Of a stretch of DNA of 64,000 nt, positions 36,041-49,110 are shown in pieces. The notes beneath the pieces were generated by a model. The model was given only the letters and a program-made list of their open reading frames with translations. It was not told the origin of the DNA and did not search any database. How positions within the stretch are numbered: position 1 is the stretch's first letter; every line of letters starts with the position of its first letter. Source of the stretch: Marsupella aquatica (taxonomy: Eukaryota; Plantae; Marchantiophyta); the NCBI GenBank assembly GCA_973895155.1, contig OZ316894.1, positions 4,488,944 through 4,552,943 on the forward strand. Reading direction: 5' to 3'. Position numbers and translations under genes: made by a program.

Positions 36041-36385
36041 TGTTAAGCATAGACAACGATTGCAACGGCAAGCCCATGAACCATCCAACGCACAATAGTC
36101 GACACAGAGAGATACGTGGTTCACCTCCACATGAGGCTACGTCCACGGGAACACACAAGAGCTTTACTACACTCTAGGCCGACCGGCCATACCAAGCATC
36201 CACAGCACAAGCTCTCCCTATCTCTCAACTGGCTTCGTAACAATGAGCCTGAGTTCCACCTCTCCAAGCAAACACCGCTTGGTTATAGAGTGTGCACAGC
36301 ATGACTAACCTAACCAAGTCTGTGACTAAGGTTAGTCTTAACTACGGTACATTCGTAACTCTAGACCTAAGAGTAAATCCTAACA
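36041..36385 (-). repeat. copia 3' LTR
   Basis: TGTTAAG...CCTAACA, adjacent to the PPT at 36386-36396. Confidence 0.95.
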
Positions 36386-36576
36386 ATCTCCCCCTTGACT
36401 CTGGTCTAGGGGAGGGTAAAGACTGCTACCAATATGACTGCTCAGCGGGAAGTTCTGGAAAGAAAAACCAAACCGGTTTTTCCCTCTTTATACGAGAGTA
36501 GACCAAAACTAAGCCGTAGCCTATACAAGGAATGAGCAAGAGCATATCTCAGTATCTACACAAATGTTAAGTAACC

Positions 36577-39500
36577 CTACTTGTGAGGCAATTGCAAAAC
36601 CTGCAACGCATCACGGTGTCTAGAAAAACTCTCCAAAGGAATCACTTTGGTAAAAGCATCAGCCGGGTTGAGTTTACCATCAATCTTGACTAGCTCAAAC
36701 ATATTATCAGACACAGCCTGCCTGATAAAATGGTACCTAACGTCGATGTGCTTCACTCTGCTGTCCATCACCTGGTTCACAGTAAGGTGGAGTGCACTCT
36801 GACTATCACAATGGAGCTTCACATTCCCCTGTGGCAATCCCATCTCAGTGATAAGTCTATCCAACCAAATCGCTTCCTTTGCTGCTTCCGTTGCTACAAC
36901 ATACTCCGCTTCTGTAGTAGACTGAGCAATACACTTCTGCAAAGTAGACCTCCAACTTATGCATCCACCTCCAAGTGTGAACACATAACCTGTTGTTGAC
37001 CTCCTCTGATCCAGATCCTGTGCATAGTCAACATCTACATAGCCCATCAATGATCTAGCATTATCAGCATGTGCATCAAACAATAGACCATGATCCACGG
37101 TACCCTTCAAATACCGAATAATCCACTTCACTGCTTCCCAGTGTACCTTCCCTGGATTCGACATGTACCTGCTCACCTTGCCCATAGCCATGGCAAGATC
37201 AGGTCTAGTGCAAGTCATCAAATACATGAGACTCCCCACTGCCTTGTCATACGGAACCTTTGACATCAACCCCTTCTCTGTGTCATCCGTAGGACAGAAC
37301 GCTGATGATAACTTGAAGTGTGGAGCCAACGGGGTACTTACTGGCTTGCTATTTCCCATGTTGAACCTTGCAATTACCTTCCTCGCATAACTGCTCTGCG
37401 TCAACCATAGCTTGCCAGCCTCCAAGTCCCTAGTGATCTCCATACCCAAAATCCTCTTAGCTGGCCCTAAGTCCTTCATCTTAAACTTTGCACTAAGCAG
37501 TGCCTTGAGCTTAACAATCTCAGACCTATCCTTGGCTGCAATTAGCATGTCATCCACATAAAGTACTAAAACAATGAACCCAAAGACAACATTCTTCACC
37601 GGTTTAAGATACACACATGGGTCAAACACACTCCTGTGAAAGCCTTGTGCACGAATATAATCATCAAACCGTTTATTCCACTGTCTTGGTGACTGCTTCA
37701 ACCCGTACAAGGATCTCAGCAATCTGGAAACCAAATCCTCTTGCCCTTTCTTCACAAAACTTAGCGGCTATCTCATGAAGATCACCTCTTCCAAGGTGCC
37801 ATAGAGGAAAGCTATGACAACATCCATCTGATCTAGCAGCAGACCAAACATAACAACAAGCACACACAATAGCCGTATTGTTGAGTACTTAGCAACTGGT
37901 GAGAAGACCTCATTGTAATCCACACCTTTTTTTTGTGTGAACCCTTGGCTACCAACCTAGCCTTATAGACCTTCGATCCACCTCCTGTGGATTGATCCTT
38001 CAACTTGTATATCCACTTGTTGTCCACCACTTGTTGTCCCTTAGGCAGCTTGACAAGCTCCCAAGTTTTATTGTCCTTCAGTGACTGCATCTCCGTTTGC
38101 ATTGCTGCAGTCCACTCCTGCTTCTCCTTTGAAGCACTTGCTTCATGAAATGAAGAAGGTTCACCTTCTTCCAAAATCAACGCATCACCCTCATCGTCAG
38201 TAACAAAATCCTCCTCTTGCAACTGAGATGAATCAACCCACTGTCCATACCTTGGTGGAGCGCGTACAATGCGACCAGATGCTCTTCTAGCCGATGACTC
38301 TGGTTGATCTGCGTGTGTTGGTACAATTTGAAGCTCAACAACATCCACTTGCTGCTCACCAGCATCAACAAACTCCTCTGGTTCCTCTGGCACAGGAACC
38401 AGCTCCATAATTGGAGCAACTCATTCTCTTCGGTCATGCACCTCATAACCAATCTCCCCCTCAAAGAGATCCGGGATAGGAGATTTTCCTTTGTCAGTAC
38501 GGGAGACCTGAGTATTCTCCCCCTCCTTCAATAATCTGGATTCATTGAAGGAAACATCCCTACTAACAACGAGCTTACAGGCAATAGGATCCCATAGCCT
38601 ATAGGCTTTCACACCACTCTGGTACCCAAGAAAAACACATTTCTTGGAGGTAGGATCCAACTTGGTCCTATTCTACTTTGGTGTGAGAGCATATGCATCA
38701 CTGCCAAAAACTACCAAGCCATGATAGTCTGCTTGCCGCTTATAGCGCATCTCAAACGGCGTTTTGAAATTGATAGCACTAGAAGGAGAAAGATTTACCA
38801 AATAAGCTGCAGTATTGACAGCTTTTGCCCAAAATTCTTGTGGTAAACCTGATTGGCTCAACATACTCCATGACCGCTCCAACAGTGTCCGATTGAGCCT
38901 CTCAGCGACACCATTCTGCTGCGGAGTATAAACTGTGGTGAGATGGCGAGTTATCCCCTATTCTGAACAGTACTCTTCAAATTCCATTGAAGTGTACTCC
39001 CCGCCGTTGTCTGACCTAAGACTCTTCACCCTTGTATCCAAACACTTGACCGTGTTTCCAGTCTGACTCTCCACCTGAGCCTTCCACTTCTTAAAAATGG
39101 ACAAGACATCAGACTTATGCGTCATGAAATAAATCCACACAAATCTTGAGTAATCGTCAATAAATGATACATAGTACAACTTTCCAGAGTGTGAAGGAGT
39201 CGGGGATGGACCCCACACGTTACTATGTATGTACTCAAGAATCGCTTTGGAACGATGAGTTCCAACACCAAAAGCTTAACGATGCTGCTTTCCAAGAATG
39301 CAATGCTCACAGAACTCTAATTTACAAGATTGCAAATCAGAAATGAGTCCATTCTTCCGTAAGATAGCCAAACCCTTCTCACTCATGTGGCCTAGCCGTG
39401 AATGCCATAGTTGAGTCATCTCCTCGTGAGACTTGGTTACATTGGCCTCTCCACATACAGTATTGCCCTGTAACACATACAAATTATTTTGTCTGCTCCC

Positions 39501-40789
39501 CTTCAAAATAACTGTCTCTCCCGACCTGACTTGAAGTTCACCATCAATAATGCTCCATTGATGACCATTTGAATCCAACACACCGAGTGAAATCAGATTC
39601 TTACGCATGCCAGGTACATACCTGACTCCCGACACTGTGCGCACAGCGCCATCAAATATTTGAATCTTCACAGATCCAATTCCCTCAATTTGACAGGAGT
39701 GATCATTTCCCATCAGAACTGAACCGTTTGAAACAGAGTAAGAACTGAAAACTCACGAATGTAACAAATATGAAAAGAGTAAGCACAACCAAGAATCCAC
39801 ACATCATCTGCTCTCCTAGATGACGTGCATAGGGCATACCCCCGACTTCATAAAACATACTCATCATTGAGTAAATCAGTTTCTCCATCAGCCCTAGCCA
39901 CATTTGCCGATGAAGTTTCCGTTGCCTTTCTCTTACAGTCTCGCTTGAAGTGTCCAACTTGGTTGCACTTCCAACATGTCACCTACCTTCTCTGAGGGGA
40001 TTTACCCCTGGACTTAGATCTGGATTTAGATCTAAACTGGGTTCTACGGTCCTCAGTTGGTCGCTGCATACTCCTCCCACGGTTAACATTGAGGGCAGCA
40101 CCACATGATGAAGGTTGTGACGTGATGTGCATCTTCTGCTGAAGATCATCACTAAGCAGAGAACTTACCACGTCATTGTATGAAATGGTATCCCTATCAC
40201 GATGCAACAACACTCGTGATAGGGACTGGTAAGATGGAGGCAATGAACTAAGAAGCTGCAGAGCCTTCGTCTCATCATTCAAAGTCTCTCCAAGGTTTTC
40301 CAAGTCAACGACCATGTCGTTGAAAGCATCCACATGGTCTTGCAACTTCGTACCGGATTCCTTCATCCTGAAACTCATCAGTTTGTAGAAAGTGTAGAAC
40401 CGGTTCGACAACTCCTTGCGGTGATACTTGCTCTGCAATTCCGCAAACAAGGACATGCAATCCTTATGTGCACCCAACTGCTTGATAATGGGAGGCATGA
40501 GATAGAGTGTAACACACCACACTCCCTGCTCCTGCATGCGGTCCCATTGTTTCTCATCAACATCGTCTTCACGAGGGCTCAGCAGTTGGCCCATCCCTGA
40601 CGCATAGAGCACTCCCTTCACCTGCTTCTCCCATAGCAAGTAGTCAGAGCGCCCATCATACTTTGTCACTTCATACTTTGGTCCCCCAAGCTTGAAAGTC
40701 CCCATCTTCTTCTTTGGCACTACCGTGAGCTCCGGTAGTAGTACTGCTTCCTCCACCACACGCCGCACCGGTGATGGTATCGGTGTCAC
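36577..40789 (-). pseudogene. copia gag-pol polyprotein with stops and frameshifts
   Basis: gag (YDGRSDYLLW, LLSSLPPSY), zinc knuckle CWKCNQVGHFKRDC, WHSRLGHMSEKGL, integrase IDDYSR / LRSDNGGEY, RT YVDDML, RNase H STTEAEY / KHIDVRYHF. Confidence 0.95.
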
Positions 40790-42275
40790 GTGCTCTTCCT
40801 CCTACTCCTCTCTCTGCCCCTCAAACCGCCGCGGTGATCCTCGTGCTTCAAGTTCCACATCTTCGAAAAACTCCTCCAAATCACTCATATGAGAAAATCA
40901 CAAAAAAGTTGTTTTTCACAACTTCTCAAAAAACTCAAAACTCAACACCATCGCGTAGCCCACGAAGCTAGGAGTCCAATACTGAAAACCGAAATCAAAA
41001 TCAAAATTTGACGGAAAAGTTATTCAAATTTCGGTCGAGGTGGGTAAAACCTTGGGAAACTTCCCCGTTTTGACCACCTCAGGGAATAACCAAAATACCA
41101 AGTACAACCCATCGTCGGAATTGCGATGTGATCGGTGCGCCACGTTGCCAACTTCAATGGCTACGACCTTGCCGAAAAAGAACCAAAAAAATTACCGTTC
41201 GGCGGACGGAATCTTTGTCGGACGGTCAAAAAATAGCTCTCTGGTTTTTTGGAATATTCTATGACCCTTGTACAGGCCCTGTGGGAATTTTGGAAGAACA
41301 ATCGAGGGGCTGACACGTGTACTCGAACCCCCAAAACCCCCTACCACCCTTCGTCGTCGAAATCTGGTCGCGCGCGCAGAAAATATACACGACAGAATGT
41401 ACCCCTCGACACCAAACGCAAGATATCTCACTCGGGTTTTGACGAAATCAAGATCTGATTTCAGATTTGGAAACTAGACTCCGAGGCGGTGAAGATCGAT
41501 ATAAGAAGCACCCAAAACGAGGAAAGAACGAGGGAGAAAAAAATTGGTAAAGATGACAGATTTCTCTCAATTGCCATAGCCAATTTCGAATAAGTTTTTC
41601 AAAGAGAAAAACTGGTACCTTGTCAACAACGAATGTTGATGAATTGCACTTGGTGCCGTCACCAAGTCCAACAAGGTAATTGATTCCGCTTAGCTTTCCT
41701 CTTTGCATCAAAGAGCCAATCCCGGACTCAAAACAATCGTCTTGCCTCAATCTCTCCGTTGAGTCAAAACACTTGACGCTTCTCCCTCCGAGTCGATTGC
41801 CACGACAAGAAACCCCACTCAGGCAAAAAAGAGGACTCCATAACCGGTCAGAAAATCAGAATGCTTATTTTGCTCGTCCCGTCGCACACGGTACTCACTT
41901 GGTAACAAATCAGCTACCAAAACAAACAGCTCATCCCGATCTACAAGCAGAGCTACAGCATGCGATGCCTCCTTTGCCGGTAGAGCTCACACCGTCGAGA
42001 AAACAAACTCTGGTCCCTCCTCCGAAAAACCGTCGAACACGAATGTTGCCAACTTTCTTCACAAAATCCATAACGACAAAAACTTAGATCTCTCTGCACC
42101 ACGAGCTCCGTTCAACGATTTCTTCACACCGTTAGAAAGCTTTTGCCCCGATCTATCCGTTGAGCCCATAAACTCCAAGTTCCATGCGACGGAACTCCGG
42201 GAAATCCACCGACACTCAACACTGGAAAAAACCGTCACGAAATCCTGTCACAAACACACGTCACCTCCCAGACAT

Positions 42276-42287
42276 GCTCTGATACCA
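42276..42287 (-). other. Primer-binding site (tRNA-iMet)
   Basis: GCTCTGATACCA is the reverse complement of TGGTATCAGAGC and lies next to the 5' LTR. Confidence 0.95.
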
Positions 42288-42289
42288 AT

Positions 42290-42634
42290 TGTTGAGCATA
42301 GACGACGATCACAACGGCAAGCCCATGAACCATCCAACGCACAATAGTCGACACAGAGAGATACGTGGTTCACCTCCACATGAGGCTACGTCCACGGGAA
42401 CACACAAGAGCTTTACTGCACTCTAGGCCGACCGGCCATACCAAGCATCCACAGCACAAGCTCTCCCTATCTCTCAACTGGCTTCGTAACAATGAGCCTG
42501 AGTTCCACCTCTCCAAGCAAACACCGCTTGGTTATAGAGTGTGCACAGCATGACTAACCTAACCAAGTCTGCGACTAAGGTTAGTCTTAACTACGGTACA
42601 TTCGTAACTCTAGACCTAAGAATAAATCCTAACA
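42290..42634 (-). repeat. copia 5' LTR
   Basis: TGTTGAG...CCTAACA; about 7 substitutions versus the 3' LTR by eye. Confidence 0.95.
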
Positions 42635-43397
42635 GGAATCAACAAGTTTAGAGAGGCCAAGGCAACATTTTGATTACTATACTTTCTTTTCAGCCTGACA
42701 GCATAATATTCCCCAATCTACAGATTGCACGCTTTTCTAGGATTGGCCTTCTGGCATTTTCCAGATCTAGAGCTGGCTATGAATGCCTATGGGGATATAA
42801 TCCCTTTGCAATAATCTATGGATGCAATTGCATGAGCTTGAAGTTTTGCAAATGTTTGTTAACTGAACACCCAAACAGCCAGGGATTAGAAAATCCATCT
42901 GAACAGCTCACTACTGCATCTTATCATCTCAAGATTCAAATCTGAAAACAAGGGTGACATTTTTATTCCAGCTGTCCCAAGAAATCATGGACTCCACAGA
43001 AAACCAAACATTATAATACCACAACATCGTACACCAGCCAATTAACCTGGGGAAAAGGTTTCCTTGCTTGTTGATATTGGATGATATTTTACTATGGCTG
43101 TTGCCTGAACCGAATGAAGAAGTAGTAGTGGGACCTAAAAAGTCCTTGATTGAACAGAGTGAAAAGTAGAAGTGGAATGTGAAAACTCTATCCGGTATGT
43201 GACAATGGGATCATTATTCCCAAACAAATAGAAAAGGACCAACCTGGGAGGAGTAAAACCTATAGGGTTCAAGGAGAGAAAGCTAAGGCGAAGATTCTTT
43301 CACTAAAAGCTTTTTAATCACCAATCTCCATTACCTCAAGTTGTCACGGAATGGTCCTCGGGTTCCCTCTCAATCCATCTCATTTCCATCATGTTCT

Positions 43398-46300
43398 CTA
43401 CCTAGTTCCACAACTTATGAACCGCATTAGCTTTTGCAAAATTCTTGCAAATGATGTAGCATTGTCTTCAGATTCCGTCCAGGTTTCCTCACAATCCTCG
43501 TCATTTCCATAACATTCTCTATGCAGGTCCACGACTTCAATGTAATCCGAGGTAGAGTCCACATACTGCTTGCAAAATAGATACAATCGTTGATCTTGGG
43601 CACTGATGCCCTCATTGAAGAGATGGCTTCCCGAGCTCACGCATGCTCCAGGCAGGCCCATGTCGCGTCCACGAGCACGAAAAGACATTTCCGGGAACAG
43701 CTCTGTGGCCAGCTTCCTGTCCAGCACGTACTGAGCGTGCTCTGCTCCTGCTCCTGCTCCTCTGTTGGTGGCTACCTTCCTTGCTTTCTCCCATTCCTCG
43801 CACTTGACAAGGTAGTCTACACGAATTGCATAGTGCTTCCCCCCGCACTCCAGGAAGGATTCCAACGTGCTCCATAAGTCCGATGATACGTAAGACAAAT
43901 GGAGCCGAGAAGGAAAGGCTACCTTGAGTGACTCCAATAATGTTCTGCCTGTGTGACCTTCAGACGTGGAGCACCCTTCCCCCACTGAGGACCCCGGGCG
44001 CACGGAGTGCGACATGAACTGCAGGTTCCCACACTCGTATGCATCGAGATGCGTCAAGGACAATGGCAAGGCACCCAAAGCTTCTGGCAACCTAGACAAC
44101 CTCGGAAGGCCAGTTAATTCTAAAATCCAGAGCTTGCATAGCTTGCCCAAGCATTCGGGTAGCTCTCGCAGTCTCTCCCACCGATTTATTCGGAGTGTTT
44201 GTAGACTCGTTAAGTTCCCCAATTCAGGAGGGATTATCTCCGGGAGATCAAATTCTTCCAAGTGCAAACTAGCGAGCAATGGCAAGTGCTGCAATGCGCT
44301 AAACAGAGTCGGAAGATATGCTTGCGAGTAACCTCTGCCGTGCCCGCTGCCATGCAAGGTTAGGAAAGTGACGGCTTGAAAGGCAGGTGATTGAGATGGC
44401 AACAAGTGAAGTCCCGATTGTCGTCGCCAAACTCCCGGATCCACATCGCTCTCATATACTCGGTCGCCAACTTCCTCGGATTCTACGAAAAACTCAGAAG
44501 CCTCTAATGGGACAGCTGGCAGTATAAGCCACTGGAGACTTGACAACATTCCAAAGGATCGTGGGAATCCCCTCCATTTGGCGGAAGAGACGTATAAATC
44601 CCTCAATCCAACCAGATCTCCGATATTACTTGGAACAGTCGTTAGTTGTGTGTTCAGCAAAAACAAGCGACGTAGAGAATGAAGTCTACAAATGGAATCT
44701 GGTAGTTTCTCCAACGGAGTGTTGTCCAAATGGAGGCTAACCAAGTTCTGGAGTTGACCAATGTCTTCCGGCAACGAGCACAACTTCGTTCCCCCAAGAT
44801 TGAGGACTTCCAAACTTTTGAGATCAGTGAAAGACTCTGGCAGGGTAGTCACTTTTGTGCCCCGCAGCTCAAGCTTCCGTAACATCGCAAGGCGACATAC
44901 CCCTCGAGGAATTTGCTGCAGCTGTGTGCGGTCAAGTTGCAAGTACGCGAGTCTCTGGAACTTCCCTACGTCCCTTGGTAGCCTATTTAAGCCTGTCCCG
45001 TTCAACCCCAGGTACTCCAGACAGTTGGATAGTCCGAATGGCAGCCCCGTTAGCAATTCGCAACCTTCGAGCTCCAACCACGAGAGCTTTCGTGCTTGAA
45101 TTACATCAGGCGGGAGGGACCTCATGGATTTACAACATATAAACTCTAGAGCTGCGAGATTTTCCAAATGGGTGAAATACACAGGGCAAACAACAAAAAG
45201 GCCATTTCTCCACCTCAAATACACCAAAGATCTCGGCAATTCCAGTTTCATCCCTTGTGTACTCACGTTTTCAAGTATCAAGTATTCCAGACGAATAAAG
45301 TTCTGGAAGGTGCTCCTTCGAAGCGTAACAAATTCATTTTCCAAGGGATGAAGCAAAAGAGCCAAAGCTTCCACAATCCCCTGCACCAGCCATGCGCTTA
45401 AACTTGAGCGCTTGTACCATGAAGCATTGTCTAGAGCAGAGTAAGGTCTATTAGAACTACCAACTTTGTCAAATTTCCAAGAGAATGGAGTTTTTGTTCA
45501 CTGTTACATTGTACATTATCAGATGACCGGCTCATTGAGGTCTTAGAGCGTAATTACCTCATGATTAGTTATCAACCTGCTCGCAGTAGGCGAATCAGAT
45601 ATCCTTTGCCATTTGTCGATGCCAACGCCATCCGGACATGCAATCCGCTTCCCAAGATTTATCAGATGTTGGTGCATCCATACGTGACCATTGTCCTCAT
45701 AGACGAAAAATTGCTCCTCCAAATTCTGCAATGCTAAGTGAGACGTTCTTCGACTCGCCTTCCAGATGCATTTTGCCAAGGACAATGGAAACCCATGAAA
45801 AATTGTGGCAATGTCCAGAAAAATCTGTCTCTCAGAAGCTTGGAGACCTTCGTAGCAGAGCCTCAACTTGGCCCAGAGTTTCTCATCATGACCAGCATTA
45901 ATTTCTTCAGCTTCGTCTAGCCTGGTCACTAGATCGACCCAGAGTTGGATGTCATGGAACTCCCGCTTACTGATGCAAGCCCCTAAGATCTTGAGAAAAA
46001 GAGGGTAATTACCACACTTCAATATGGCTTGCTGGATGTACTCCTTCAAATCCTCAGGTCCATCTCCGTCCCCAAAAGCATAATGACAAAACAAATCTTT
46101 TGATTCATCAGCACTCAAGAATGGCACTTTGAAAGTATTCTGTGGGCTCCTGAGCCAGGGAATTGTCGTTGCTATACTTGAAGGATTGGTTGTCGTCACA
46201 ATTATTTTACTAGAGTTCTTCTGTAGCCAGGCTGAAATGCACAAAGCATCTAGCTGGTCCTGTGAGTCCACATTATCCAAGACCATCAGAACCTTTGTAT

Positions 46301-48315
46301 TGTAAAAACGATGAACCATGTCCGACCGATTTATTCTTGACCCTCTGTCGGCTTGTCCCATTTCTTCTCGAATCTTTCTCAAGATATATGGTCCTGGGCT
46401 TGCAGTTGCTTCAATACTGTCCAGAGATACAAAGCAAGCAACTTCATACTCGTGACATATCTTGTGGAAGACGTGCTGGGCTAACGCTGTTTTCCCAGAA
46501 CCACTCAAACCAACTATGAAAATGTTTGCTGTCTCTGGTTGGGCAAGCATCCTTTGCACATCTTCCGCACGACCTTCTCGGTCGACATAATACTGTAATT
46601 GAGCATTGACGTCAACCGTGGCTCCTCTCTGAACTAACCCATCTTCTTGGATCTGGAATTTCCAATTTTAGAAACAACGAATGAGATTTTAGTCACAGTT
46701 CATGATCTCTAATTCGTGTGGAGTGGAACCAGAAGTTTCCAGAATCACAACAAGCAATCAGACCTAAAAACGCATAAAGCTGATCGAGAAATTAATTGCT
46801 TTGATCACAAGAAAGCATTTAGTAAGAAAATTTTCAAAATGAAAACATCTATCGCATGCTTGGTTGAGAAGGGCTCACAACCAGACTAATCTTATATTGC
46901 TAAGATAATTTAACCTTTCTCAAAAACCCACAGAGATGTTGGAATGAACTGTCATTTATCCCCTCTGGTTTGCAGATCTCATAATGATTTCCCGGAGCAG
47001 AATAGTATCCATCCATGTATGACCTTGTGGAGGCTTCAGAACCCACATGGATATATTTTCCGATGTATTGCTGCGCAAGAAACCACATCGGAGAATGGTC
47101 ATAAGCAGAGACTAGAGACGTGTGTCTCAGTGCAATTTTGACACATCCAAAGGGTACGAGCTGGGGGATGCCGATGTCCTCTACAGGATAAGCATAACAC
47201 TAAGTACAAATCATATCAGCAACTCAGCACCTCACAATCCACAACCATGACCATGACCGCACAGTACTGTCTGAGGAAAGTATCCTGACATCCAATGTAA
47301 CACACAGATATAAAAACACTCCTCCAAAATCCAACGACAAACACCAATTAAAGGAACCCGAAAAAAGGTCAATAGATAGAGCTTACCACATATGTTTCTC
47401 TTAATTCACCTATTCCATAAGTTGACCATTTCTTCTCCGACTTTAATTCCATGAACGACTCATTTCTTCTTGTGCTAGACGCCCTGAGACTCTCTATCTC
47501 TTCTGACAGTGCACCAACACCTTTGAAACAATCGTGTAGCATGTCGCCAAGCACTGAGCCAGTGTGGGGAGTCCCGTAGAAGAACATCCCTTTCAGATTT
47601 GAAAAAAAAGCTTCAGCACGTTGGGCACGAGGCTTTCCTGTTTTTCTACGACAAGCGGTCTCCGCAAGCAAACAAACTTCTTTCAACACCAAACCTCCTA
47701 GGCAATGGCCCACGAGTACCACTGGGCATCCTGCCTGTCCTAGACCAACCTCATCCGCAGTGAGGTCAGCCACCAAATTCTCCCCTGTTTGGTACATGTC
47801 CATCCTCCCAAACTCCGCAGTTTTTGTGGCAGAAGAGTTATACGAGACTGTGAAAATGCGAGCTTTGGGGAAGGATTCCACCAGCCATGTTTGCAGCCAA
47901 CATTCAGAGTTATCTCTCGTCATCCAGGTTGTAGCGTAAGGCTTTCTGCAATGGTCGAATTGAAGACCATGAAAGAAAACGACTTCTAGTTCTGGCGTTT
48001 CTTCCGGAGGAGGTTGGTACACACGGTACACCATGTCGTTGAGCTGCAGAAAGCACATGTGAACACTAGTCTGACGATCAAGATAGTTTATCCAAGAAAT
48101 ACTAAACAGAAACTTTTATAGCACCTGCGACAGACCCAGCAGCTTTTGAACGCTTCAAATCCAATCCGAGACCTGCCTAACTAGCGTAAGGGCGTATAAC
48201 ATACCTCGGTGAGCTCGGGCACAACAAATTGGGGACTCGGAGTTTCAACAAAGGAAGATTTCTCTTGGACCTTGTTCCAAAGACTGAAGAGGGAAGATAA
48301 TGGAGATTCAGCCAT
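43398..48315 (-). CDS. alpha/beta-hydrolase-NB-ARC-LRR immune receptor (HNL copy 3), ~1333 aa
   Basis: Exons 48205-48315, 47387-48043, 46915-47070, 45558-46652 and 43398-45380. The first four have the same lengths as in copy 1 (111, 657, 156, 1095 nt) and the same motifs. Confidence 0.9.
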
Positions 48316-48840
48316 GTTTGAAGTAGACCCGGAAAATAAGTCCTGTAGTGCTACTCCACACGGCTGCAATTATTGTTCAACAAGCAAGAAATTGCTGTAT
48401 TCGTTAAGTACACTCCAATTGGGGACCCCCTAATTAGGTACCAGGCAGCACCTGAAGCTTGCAAATGAAGGATATCTCAAGCAGAGAGAGATGCACACCT
48501 CGAGATCAGTGGCATGGTCGCAGCGTTGTAAACTAGACACAACACGAAGCTCAATTTTATGCAGTACTGTTTCCTAAGCAAACTGTTTCCTTTTTCTGAT
48601 TCTGAGGAGCATGTGAAAACTGGTGCTCGAACTCCTGCAGAGCGGCACCCACTCGACGCTCCGGAGAGTTCGCCATGAAACTCTCTTCTAAAGATGTGAG
48701 GATAGACTCCAAGGGGCTGTGGAGACTCATTTTTAGACGACCTCCTTACTCCTCTTCCGAAGCTTCCAGGTCCTTGATTCCACACGTTTCGTGAGTCGTA
48801 GTGTGCCCCACCACCAAGGACTCGCATCTTCATCGTGCCT

Positions 48841-49110
48841 GTCGGTCATTTAAATATCAATTTGGTCGACCAAGAGAATTCGATGAAACACTTTTGACAC
48901 TTTGTATGATTTGTAGATTTCTGTAACTATGCTGTTGTGCTGACTCTTCCTCAGGCTACGCCTGCTAGAACTACACAGGAATCTCCGTGAAAGGAAGGCT
49001 CAATCTTGCAATTGAATCGATCTGGTCAAGATACTCACCGCTATATCAGTGGTATCGTCGCAGTCGTTTAAATATCAGTTTGGCAGACCAATGAAACGCA
49101 ATGAAATGCA
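48841..49110 (-). promoter_or_regulatory. Putative core promoter of HNL copy 3, present as two tandem copies
   Basis: GGTCATTTAAATATCAATTTGG at ~48844 and GTCGTTTAAATATCAGTTTGG at ~49063, each followed by GCTGTTGTGCTGACT. Confidence 0.4.

Larger units (their letters stand above)
36041..42634 (-). mobile_element. Full-length Ty1/copia LTR retrotransposon (Tnt1/Tork-like), coding region disabled
   Basis: TG...CA LTRs of 345 bp, TSD GGAAT (36036-40 and 42635-39), tRNA-iMet PBS TGGTATCAGAGC, PPT AAGGGGGAGAT, and gag-PR-INT-RT-RH order. Confidence 0.97.

Noticed and set aside
41680-42087. Antisense ORF in the long copia leader (env-like or extra gene)
   Set aside because: Short, non-ATG start, no TM or recognisable motif.
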